A stretch of DNA of 64,000 bases from contig JALMLS010000027.1 in NCBI GenBank assembly GCA_038496445.1, positions 220,552 to 284,551 on the forward strand. The letters run 5' to 3'. The stretch is from Trichosphaerium sp. ATCC 40318. Taxonomy: Eukaryota; Protista; Tubulinea. Below the pieces are notes generated by a model, which was given only the letters and a program-made list of their open reading frames with translations, made no database searches and was not told the DNA's origin. The position numbers were made by a program, and so were the translations under genes. Each line of letters starts with the position of its first letter. Within the stretch, counting starts at the first letter, position 1. Below are positions 25,435 to 36,756 of the stretch, one piece after another.

Positions 25435-25884
25435 GTTCGGCGCTGTGCCCTTGTGGGTTATGTGTAATACAAGTGTTTGCTACCAGTGGTCATTGTGTTG
25501 TTTCGTTAAAATAATGACTTAAATGCTGATACACATGTGAACATATAAATGTATATAAATGTTAGACACGTGCTTGAACAAGAGGCAGAGCGCTAGCTCA
25601 TACTGTATTATTCACGTGCTTTTTGTACTAGTGATTACAAAGTTGTGTCCATCTTCTCCACAAACAAGAACAAGCGTTGCCCAGATCTGCAAGATTTAAT
25701 AGCAAAGTGCATGTTCAACAAGAGCCAGTTTTCTTCGTTGTGGTACTTGTAAAAAAACAATAAACGTAAACTTTGGGTAAGGTATACGTCATACTAACTG
25801 GAACAAACTCCAAGTAAGCTTCTTCCATCTTATACATAACGATAGGACAAGGTGACTTGCTTGGTTTTCGTTCCACATTTACAA

Positions 25885-27027
25885 CTAATCATTCTTTATT
25901 TTACTTTTTACACAACAACATTTATATAGGCTGTACGTAAGTATCATCAAACCTAAGACAGCGCCAATGCATAATACCATAAAGTATTTGATGATAAAAC
26001 TCATTTCATCTAAGTTACATAGCATAGGAGAACCGTGTTTAGGAAACTTTTCACAAAACAATTCTGTGTATCTTTCTTTGATTGTTCTTTCATCCTTAGC
26101 TCCCAGTGGCTTTAACACAAAATCAAACTTCACATCATTACCTTCAGGTAAGCGTAGTGACAACATGTTACTACCTAGCACTGCCAATAGCATAAGTAAG
26201 AGTATGGTACAACGTGAAGTACGTACCATCATGTGAGCCAACCAAAGATGCACGAAAGTCATGCTCAGTAGCCGGGTCATCGTCAAAGTACAGTTGAGTT
26301 CCCAGTGGCTCGTATCCAGGATGGCTTACAATTGCGTGAATATGTCTAGGACCAAAAGGAGGAATATCCATATGATTACCAGTCCAGAAGAACAGGCCTA
26401 GCTGAAGATTAAACTTGTTTGGTAGAAAGCAATAATAGCTCACCATATGCTGACGGTTTCACCGTGGATATCACGTATCCTCCGGCTTCATCCGATGATA
26501 TTTTTCCTCTGCAATAAGTCCAGTCATTCCCCACTCCGTAGTTTCCAGAACCATCAACTTGCCAAATGTCAATAGTGGCGTTTTTAATAATATCTCCAGA
26601 ATCAGCATCTTTTACTGTGCCACGGATAATCAAACTGCGTGTTTATTTAGTGATGGGATTCAAAAACTCTCAAAGTGCCTCTAACCTCATGTCATCGTCT
26701 GCTACGAACTTCCGCCTCCAACAAAATCCTCCAACACACGAATCGGCGTCACTGAGGTAAGAAAATAAGTGCTAAAAAAATGTTGTAGTTTCGTTTTGTT
26801 TTACCTTATGTAATAACCTGAAAAACCTTCAGTCGGGCATATTTGAGATCGCTCAGGCGCATTTAGAACGTAAACTGGTCCTACAATGAGTTTTAGCGTT
26901 AACTACTTTTGAGAAAGTTAATTTGAAGGAAAGGAAGGGTACCAAGGGCAGTTTGAAGCGTAGGACTGAGTTTTTGTGATGCTGCCAAGCACGATAGTAT
27001 GCACAATGATAAAAATAGAAGATGCAT
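25885..27027 (-). CDS. Intradiol ring-cleavage dioxygenase-like protein with signal peptide and C-terminal TM anchor
   Basis: MHLLFLSLCILSCLAAS signal; ALGPVYVLNAP; IIRGTVKD..IDIWQVDGSGNY; CRGKISSDEAGGYVISTVKPSAY; PRHIHAIVSHPGYEPLGTQLYF; VKFDFVL; TM FMVLCIGAVLGLMILTYSLY then KCCC. Confidence 0.85.
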
Positions 27028-27293
27028 TGTTCTGCGTGGGACAGAGGTTACTTTATGTCAAACAGGAGGTCTTAGGTTTTAGTGTATTGGTAGTTAAGTT
27101 GTAGGCATCTTTAAATGAAACGACGCACGTGATGCTCCGTGAAACGGTAAAAATTAAGCCTAAAGTTGTTTGTTCTCGAAACGTCTACAATAAGGATGTA
27201 GTACTAGCTGGCATGTTTTAGCTGATGGAGGGTATTTTCGACCAAATTTGCAATTTTTGGCGACCAAAAACCACAGTGGAAGTTAACCGCACA

Positions 27294-27826
27294 ATGAAGG
27301 CTGTACTTCTGTTTCTTTTTACTATTTTATGCGTCTACGCTCTTGATAGCTATACATGCAAACAACAAGGCGGTGGACAACTAAACACTGCTGTCTGCAA
27401 CTGCTCCGGATTGAATTTTGGGTGCTGTTCTACTGCTTTTGAATACCGTACGATAATTTAGCTAATTTGAGTTGTAATAGCTCTCCGTGCGTAATTTAAC
27501 CTTGTTTAGGCGAAAACAACCAATCCATTGCGTGTTACTTCGATATAGCCAAAGATGAGTGTTTTGCAGCAAAACCTTGTCAGCTTGCTGTTGAAACAAA
27601 CAAATATGACAGCGTCATATGCGCTAAGCAACAATCAATCGAAGAGTGTATAGGTAGCTCTCCAAGTGTCTCAGAGATTGAACAAGACCCTATTTTCTGT
27701 ACTTATGCTGACAATATTGCTTTTCAATGCGTGTGGAACAAGAAAGGTGTATGTGAGCGAGCCGATGCTGACTTAAATACCGCATTGCTTACACGTGTAA
27801 CCTATAAACCACCGAAGTGTGAATAA
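27294..27826 (+). CDS. Small secreted cysteine-rich protein, unknown function
   Basis: Signal MKAVLLFLFTILCVYA; two exons (intron ~27448-27509); 14 Cys in the mature chain; stop TAA 27824-27826. Confidence 0.8.
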
Positions 27827-28130
27827 AGTACTTGAAACTACCTTCCAATATTATTGTCTTTTCATTCACAAAAGTATATTCTTGACATTGTTGGAGTGTA
27901 GTCGTAACTGGGGTGAGGGTCCGATCATCCTTGCTTACAACCAAACAATCATAGAATAAATGTAAAAACGGCAAGCGACAAAAAAGCTCATCTAGAACGC
28001 AAGGCAGAAATAAACAACATTGATTGTTTGAGATGTTATTTGTTTAATTATCCTTGTGATATGTTGTTTGTTCCACGTGAAGAAAATTAAATGTTACAAT
28101 GAAATTGAGTGAGCTCAGAATTTGGTTTTA

Positions 28131-29917
28131 TTATCTGTTTGCCTCAATCAGTTTAAGAGCCAAACTATAGACTCGCTTATTTGCGAGGTATCCTAAAGTA
28201 AAGTCTAGATGCCCGAAAGTCTATAAAGAAAGTCACTAGTGGCTACACAGTAGACAATCAAAGGAAACTCAGTTGGGGCGTACAGGTTCGTTGTGAATGA
28301 AAGGTTTTGTTGGGAGATTCTCTACTATTTGTTTCACATCCTCAGGATCCGCTAATAATCGTTGTTCGTTAGTTCATTACTGAACTTCAAAGAAACCGGG
28401 GCGATTGTTTGTACCTAAGGCGTCAATGCTGCCAGTAAATAAAGCTACTGGAAGAGTTGTTGGGAATTTTTTAAGATCATAAGCAGGAGGCCTCAATTGG
28501 TGATATCTCTCCAAATTACCGATATCACCATAATCAAACTTCTGAAATACATTCTCCCTTATACCTTGTGACCTACACAAGCAACGTTATTGGAATATCA
28601 AGAAAATATATAGCAAGTTTTTTTTGGCTAGTTAATCTGTTGTAGGGACGTACCAATGAATTAGGTTTTTGACAGAGGTAGGAAACGGTTCATTTAGTAC
28701 ATAGAAAGGGAATTGAGTCTTATTTTTGTACGTGAAGTCACCAGTCGCAGCAATCATGGTAAATTCACAAGACCTATTGTTTTTGGAAAGAAGTTACTGA
28801 GAAAAGGCTAGTTAACTATTTCAAACTTACTCTGGATCAAGTTCGCAAAGGTAAGGAGTTAATTTATGTATAAGGCTTGGTAAGTACACTTCATGGATTC
28901 TATTTTTAAAGGTTAAAGGAAATCTAAGCAAAAAAAAAGAAAAAAAAAGCCCATACCCAAGCAACTCGCCTAGTGTAGCCGTGTCAATCGCTGCCAACAC
29001 CTTCATTATTGTAACGTCAATATGTTTAACCCAAGCTACAGGCGCCATTGCTATGAATATCGAAGCCTTTGCAGCTACTGATGGATCTAAAAAGCCTGCG
29101 AAAGCCTGAATTGTACCCTAACAAAGTAAGAAATGCGAAAACAACTTTTGCAACGGTTCACCTGTGAATGTCCGATGTACGGTATTTTCTCTTGTCCCGT
29201 GTGTTTAATAATATAGTCTAGTTGTGCTGGAAGGTCATACTGAGCCATGTCATCGTAACTACCATTTGTTAAAATAAGAAGGAAAAAACGTCGTACGTAA
29301 AATCCCAGAACTCGACATCAGATGGCGTGTATTTGATGTGCTCCATGCTAATACCATTCCCTCTGTTATTACCCAACCTATAACATACTTTTTAGCAAAA
29401 AACCGAGCGCTCTGACAACAGTACCAAACATCAAATCCAGCATCAGCAAAAAAATATGCAAGACCTTCTGGAGGAGGATTACAGACTCCACCGAAACTAA
29501 GGATTTAGGTGAGCACGTGCGATGTTAAAAAAAAAACAGACAAAAAAAAACGTGCGCTGAATCGGTTAATCCATGTTGAAAAAATACAGCTCCTTTAGGT
29601 GCGTCTGTAGACGCTTTGCCGTGAGGAACACGCTAGAAAGAACAAATTTAGAATAAAAAAAGATTGTGGTAGCCCAACAAGGCCAACATAGCGATATCTT
29701 CTTTCTGTAGTGTCGTACGTTAATAGTTAATATGTAACCGTCTTCTGTTTGAACCTTGTGTATTTCTGCCGGCTTTAAACCGAAAAACATTAGCGATGAT
29801 ACACAGCTGACAGAAACTTACGTAGCCCTCAGATTGTATTATTTTAGTGACATTTGAAAGTAGCTGTCCTTGCGAAACGCAAAAAAAGACCAATAACAAA
29901 CCAATAACAGCACGCAT
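28131..29917 (-). CDS. Lysosomal acid lipase / gastric lipase family alpha/beta hydrolase
   Basis: Signal peptide; [14 protein letters not shown]; QHGLTDS; [15 protein letters not shown]; DMAQYDLPA; YIGHSQGT nucleophile motif; FQKFDYG; PPAYDL; GHLDF. Confidence 0.95.
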
Positions 29918-30786
29918 TTATTGCCGTTAATATGTTCAAGTATTATCAAGCTGGCGACTCACATTTAAGCAACTACGCCATCCAAATCTGTATAAATCCA
30001 AAATATGCTTTGGCGAAGCAAAACTCACCTTCCAGGAGTTCGTGCACGTGGTACCCGAAGTTCCCTTTCTACGTAGAAGGCGAGTTTTGACTACAGGAGT
30101 TGTTGCCAGAGATGCGAAGATTGACATCACAAGACTACGATTGCTTGTACTGACAGTTGTTCTGCAGTTGCCTGTGGACGGATAGTCGTCATTGGACTCG
30201 TCATATAGGCTTAGAGTAACCATGGTTGATTGGGTGCATGTGCAGGAGTGCCTATAAATGGCTGGATATGCCAGATTTACAGCGTGAATCCCGGATACTG
30301 ATGAGTATCCGTACATGCAGATTATGTTATGTACCGGGTGAACTGTATGGCATGATTGTCTCAGCAATAGTGTCCTGCACAGCAACTGCAATGTCGATGA
30401 ATCGGTTTATAACATCAAGTGCTTTTGTTCAAAAATTATTGTGGTTTGTAGGGACTGAGTACAACACCTTACGATGATGGCGAAAACTGTAGTAGAAAAA
30501 TGTAAAACAAATTAAATAATTAAAGTGAGGAGTAGAAGAATCACGCCTGCGATGCGTAGAACGGCCAGTACATTAAATCCTAAGTCAGTGATAGAAAGTA
30601 AAGTACTAACAGTCTGTTTGACGTAGTAGAGTCTTACACTAGTAGAATGGGATACAACTGATACTTGCAAGCGATTTTAACGCAGTATTATTAGCTCCTG
30701 TCCTTCCTTAACTAAGTTCTGACTTTTTGATAAGCGAACCCTTTTCTCACGAATTGTCGTTGTGCGCTTAGCCTTTACCTTCAAAT

Positions 30787-33700
30787 ATGGCAATAAGCAA
30801 TATTCTATTGCTGTTAATAGTTTTTAGTGTCTTAAGCGTGAATTCAAGGCATGTACAAGCTTTTTTTGTATTATTTGACCCGTTAACGTTTGTTATAGCC
30901 TTCAAAGCCGCTTCTTCGCTCCTAAATCATTTGATTGTGCTGCTAGAAAGTTGGCCTATTTGTACGCTCAAAAGATACAACCACAGAGGGCTAGTTTCGG
31001 TACAGGTATGTCTAACGAACAATTTTTTTGAAAAAAAAAGTCTGCTTCTTTGGTAACGTGAAACACATTTTATTGTCAACTAAACCCAATCCATAGTTTT
31101 TGACGCTTTGGAGTTATCTACTCTTTGTGGCGAAACGCCACCAAAACACGTGCCAAGGGACATTGGAAACCGAAAAATATATCCAAAGATTCTTGCTAAT
31201 GACTTGTTTGTTGATGTCAAGAACGGGAATGATAGCAATCCGGGGACCCTCACTAAACCATTTCGTACAGTCGAAAAAGCTGTTGAATCTTCAAGGACAC
31301 TTTCCAAGCCACTTACAATTTACTTGAGGTAAATAATTATCACGTGATAAAAGTAACAACAAAAAGTAGCTAAAAAAGATTAATTTAGAACTGGCATTTA
31401 TTACTTGAGTTCAACTATTAGCCTTGATGCGCGTGACTCTGGTATTACCTTTTCGGCATACGGAGGTAGTTATTTAAGGTGACGTTGGCTTAACCCTTTG
31501 TGATAGATGAGAAACCAGAAATAAATGGTGGAAAGAAACTCGAAGTAATATGGAAACCATACAAAGTCTCAAAAGAAAAACAAGCTATCTTATATCACAA
31601 CGTAAAGCATGTTAGTCAATTCGATGATTCATCTTATTTTCTGGGAACCTTCAGCAGGTGCGCTTTCATCTAGCGAGAGTCATTGCTAATGTGCAACTTT
31701 TAGAGTCAAAGACTGCCAAAGAGCTTGTCGTGAACTTGGTCAAAAGTGTGCTGTGTTCACATTCTACACTGAAGACTCTGATTCAAACGCTAATGCCTGC
31801 TTTGGTAGTGAAGCTATAACGTCATCAGACCCTGTGCGCGATTTATAACATGAACATCTTTATCTCACTAGTTTGACAACAGCCGGCTCAAGAAAACACT
31901 GTCAGTGGTGTCTTTGCATCACCAAACATTTATGTCGCAGATTTATCTGGTCAAGGAGTATCTGAAATGCCAGGGTATTAATCACCTCCTCGTATACGTT
32001 GTACTTAGCAACCTTAGCATGCAAATGAATGGACAGCGTGCTGTACGAGCTAGGTTTCCAAATGGAAACCCGGAAACTTCACTCTTTCCAGCAGGTTGGT
32101 TAAACAAACCGACAGGGCTGCCACCTAGAATGTACGTCGTTCTTGTTGTGTTATTTCGAGAGAAGACAAACATTTTTTAGTTTCCCTGAAGCAAAGCAAA
32201 CGTACATACAGTCTCCCGCACGTGATAAAAACATGTTGGAATTCCAGCACTTCTTAAAAGGTACTGGTGGATCTTGTTCAATGTATACTCCACCAGAAAG
32301 TTACTGGTGTAGTAAGAGTAAGGAAGTGCGTGGTGGAGGGTACGGCTCTTTGAATTGTCTGTTTAGTTCATTTACGAACATTTGTTATAGTCGCTACTAT
32401 GTTCAAGTGCCTTCTGGTCTTGTATACAAAAATGGAACTTTCTATGGTCGCGTTTGGAAGGATCCTACAGGTACTTCTTTTCTTTTCAATTACAGGTTCA
32501 ATTAAGTTGTTGTTTAGGCTCTATTGTTCACCAGTGGAGAGATAGCCATTGGTTTATGCTCATGTTTGAGGTTGATAGTTACGATAGCTCGAAAAATACA
32601 ATAGGTAAACTTCAATAGCAACCAATTGATATTGATTGTTTTGTTTAGGATGGACAAAAGGAGGATTCCAAGGTGCCGAAGGATCAGGTAATGCTGCTGA
32701 ATGGTACGATAAATCACTGCTTTTTTGTTTGTTTAACAGGAATGTAAGGTATATTGATGGTGTCTTCGAGGAGCTTGATGCCCCGAATGAATTTTTTTAT
32801 GATGCTAAAACCTCAATGCTGTACTTCTACTATAATGGTACTGGCGAGCCTCCAAAAGACTCTGTATTCGAGGCAACAGAACTTAAACACTTATTCTCTT
32901 TGGTTGCAACACAAAGTGCACCTGTGACAAACGTTGCATTTGTTGGATTGTCTTTCAGAAACGCAGCTTATACTTACATGGATCCGCATGGAGTGCGTTT
33001 GTTGTTGTTCTCCTATTTTTCTCTTTTGTTGTTCTGATTTTTGTAAATAGACTCCGTCTGGAGGTGATTGGGGATTACAAAGATCTGGTGCTATATTCAT
33101 GGAAGGCACAAAAGGAGTTGTTATCGAAAAATGTTTCTTTAATAGGCTTGACGGCAACGCTATATTTTTGTCTGGATTTAACAGTACGTTGCTATCACGT
33201 GACAAGTATACTTGTCAATTTCGTTGATTTACCCTAAGGAAACGCAACCATAAAAAACAACGAGTTTGCATGGATTGGAGGTATGCCTTAAATGACGAAA
33301 CTTAAGTGTGCTGTTGTTTATCTCTTTAATGTAGACTCTGTGATTGCTGCTTGGGGATATAGTAATGATATAGATGGTACTGATGGTAATCAACCTCGTA
33401 TGACTACAGTGTCTGGTAACTTATTCAGAGAGTTTGGCTTATTCCAAGTATGTTTCAATTTTTTTTCTCGCTTTTTGTTTCTAAAGATTATTTTGATGTT
33501 TTCCTCCTCTTATGAAATGTAGAAACAATCTTCTGCTTATTTCCAAGCTGTCAGTTGTCAAAATACCATCACAAACAATATCATATTTAACGGACCAAGA
33601 GCAGGTACCTGCTCCACTACAACTACATTAACTTTTTTCTGTAAACTGCAAACTAATTTTTCCTGTTAGGCGTTAATTTTAACGATGGCTTTGGAGGTGG

Positions 33701-34629
33701 AAGCGAGCTAGCTTATAATATCATATTCAATCAATGTCGGGAATCTTCAGACCACGGCCCGTTTAATTCGTGGGATCGTCAGCCGTACGTGTAACCGATT
33801 GAAAGTTAAAGTTGTTTTTGATTTTTTTTAACAGGTACTTGACAAAAGTGGCAACTGGAAAACCTTCACTTATTGGTGCTTACAATGATTTGCATCATAA
33901 CTTTATGCTATGTAATTATCAATCATCAAACTGCTTTGATAACGATGATGGAAGTTCATACTACAAGGTACGTGTTAAACTAAAAAACCCCAGAAGACAA
34001 CTATTAAAGTTGACGTTTTAGATTCATGATAACTTTGAAGTCTACGGTGGACACAAATCTGACTTTGGCGCACATAATAAGTTTACATACAACGAGTACA
34101 TAGTAGATTTCCATATTTTGTTGCAAAGGAACTATCTGACTTTCTTGTTTAGGTTAATTGCGTATGCACATGTTTATCAAGAAGGAAAATGTTGTGGAAC
34201 AAATGAAGTAGTTCAAGGGTTTCCAGACGGGTACTAGGATACAAACAAAAAGACACTCTAGAAACTGATAATGACTTATCGATTAGGTTCTACAACAACA
34301 CGTGCATTCAAGGAGTGGATGTTCCATACGCAGTCTTCCCTGGGTGCAGCAAAAACGGTACTGTTGATGGCTCACAAGTACCAGTAAGGCAAAATAAAAT
34401 ATACAATCCATCAGGTCAGGTTTCTGTTGTTTGTGGTGGGCAGAAATATACAGAGAAGGAGGTAAGTGAAGATTGTGAAATTGCGTTTTTATTTTTTTTC
34501 AACTTAGCACATTTGTTGATTTATTGCTCTTAGTTTCAAGCTAAAGGGTATGATTTGGGTACTACAAGTGGAGTTATACCATCTGATGAAGAGATAATCG
34601 ATATGGCAAAGAAATTACTGGGCATGTAA
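30787..34629 (+). CDS. Secreted right-handed parallel beta-helix protein (GH141-like / pectin-lyase fold) with an inserted PAN/Apple module
   Basis: Signal peptide; FVDVKNGNDSNPGTLTKPFRTVEKA; RAVRARFPNGNPE; GGFQGAEG; EELDAPNEFFYD; PSGGDWGLQRSGA; FNGPRAGVNFNDGFGGG; CRESSDHGPFNSWDRQP; FDNDDGSSYY. About 20 exons. Confidence 0.8.
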
Positions 34630-34690
34630 TCGACTAAACCAGCTGATAGCGTAGTAAAAAATGTTAATTAAAAAAACCTGCAATTTCTAA

Positions 34691-36029
34691 ATGTGCAACG
34701 TCAGGCATTGCCCTGATGATATTCTTTACAAGTTGTTTATATTTTCCGATAGGCTTGTACGGAGCCCCTATATCACCGTACAAACGCCACAGAATTCCTT
34801 TCTTTATTTTTCCTTGGCATTAGAAATTTCGTTAATTTTGAACCATAATTAAAAACATTTTAAGTTTGTGACAAATTAAAACGATTTCAGATCATTTCTC
34901 CTAGTGAGATGCATAGTAGATGTGCCCCATCTTTCCACACCACCTATCCCAGTGATAATACTTCGTTTCCGAACAAATCTAGGCTTTGTGACACTATACT
35001 TCGTGCTAAACCTCCTGGAATCACAAAGCCAGGGTGTGGTATCTTTCTTCGTTGCTGTCGCAACGGAGAGGAACGGGTACTCCTTTCTTCTTCGTAAATA
35101 TTGTATGATGCTCATAGTGTAAAAACACTACAGCGTCTACTATTAACTTCGGGGCACGCTACGCAAACACCTCTTTTTGGTAAGTTGCCAAATACCACAA
35201 TGACATTTATATCTACACAAGAAGAGATTGTGAACAAACTAGACGAAAGACGCGTTACCATTTCAAATAAAGCAACTGAAAACGTCATCAACTTTGCTAA
35301 ATGGCAAAGCGTATTATTTCCGGGATTACTACTCAGTCCTATCACGCCACCTTTGCACTTTCAGAGAGATTTCTTTGTGGTCTCTCGTAGTACGTTGTGT
35401 AATTCAGTGAAAACACTGTTTACAATATTTGGTGTAGCACAAAGTTTGTTGGAAACGCAGTTTCATTTTTAGAGATTCCGTTTAGTGAATAACACCCCCT
35501 TAACGCTTTAGAAATTTACTATCACATGCTCGAATCCTATAGAATGCCACCTGCACTTGCTGAACGGGGTATAAACGAGCCTTATCAATCGACATTTTTT
35601 ACAGCTGACTCGCCAACTGTAACAGAATTTGTGGCTTTGGAAAGCCCTACATTCAAATCAACACTGGATATTCACCCTGTGATATCTGCAAGCTTTTTCG
35701 TTGCAAGTTCTAAACCATTGACACGTGTCGGTATTCGAATGTTGGATATCTCACCTTCAGAAGATGAAGAACATGTTGATTTAACATTAAAGCCAGTATC
35801 GGCTTTTTTAGAAGAAGAAAATAGATTATATCAGATTCAAATGGTATTTCAGATGCTTAGTAACCGTACTACAATACAAACTGGACATAAAATAAGGATT
35901 CAACTGAGGGTTATACAAACTTTTAGTAATTACAATGGAGCTCCTCCTGAATTGTATTTTTGTAACGACAATGGCTCTTACTTATCCATTAGTGTACAGA
36001 ACTATGATCCTCTTGTAGATATAGTCTAG
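34691..36029 (+). CDS. Hypothetical protein; C-terminal exon resembles a PepX_C/CocE-NonD C-terminal jelly-roll
   Basis: Long open last exon (ESPTFKSTLDIHPVISASFFVASS..VGIRMLDISP...YQIQM...TGHKIRIQL...GSYLSISV). 5' exons and start are uncertain. Confidence 0.5.
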
Positions 36030-36756
36030 TTTTGTAACATGGTCTGGCGTATTGAAACAGAAACAGTTTCAAATGTCGCCACAATAACAAAATAAACATG
36101 TAACAATAGTCCTGTATCTTCGTTTCCTCGTTTGTGGTATTGATTTATTACTCAACATGCTTCATACGCACCAGGAGGCTCCTGATAAAAGTTGAATATA
36201 CGTACTAGTGTTTGATGTGGAAACAACAATTGATATTTTATTACTAAACTGCTAAGTTTTATCCGATAAATGCAACGTCAAGGTAGATCAGCTATACTTC
36301 TCTTTGGTGGAGGACCTATAAGCGACGTAAATAATAAAATAGTTAGGCAATAATTTTACCTTTTGGTGGCGGTTTAGAGGTTGTTTGAAGGTTGTATCCA
36401 TGCGAATCATGAGCACCATTCTGATGAGGGTTCCAGTCACGTTGACCAACGGGTTTTTGGATAGCACCTTTTGTAGTTGTTAAATTCGCTTTATTACGCA
36501 TATCTACAAGTCTACCAATGCAAAGTAGTAATGAGAGCAAGCAGAAAGCGGTTTAAAAAACCGATTTGGTTTTTTTTCAAAAATCACGTGTTGTACCTTC
36601 GTATCCTGGTTTATTTTCTAAAATCTTTTGCTCAAACAAAGCCTTTTTGCTACGTGCTGCCATGGTGATGGTGACTGTATGTGGCCTTTGACCAGAAATC
36701 AAAGATTTGGTAGTCAAAAACGCCTAAGCCAGTACAAAACTTTGTATTCATCTAGC

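Larger units (their letters stand above)
19411..25629. repeat. Large inverted duplication (arms ~19411-22626 and ~22924-25629, spacer ~300 bp)
   Basis: Near-identical reverse-complement sequence over 20510-22626 vs 22924-25110, including introns and 3' UTR. Patchier homology 19533-19710 vs 25340-25523. Outermost 17-bp match agtacaaaaagcacgtg (19411-19427) vs cacgtgctttttgtact (25613-25629). Confidence 0.93.
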
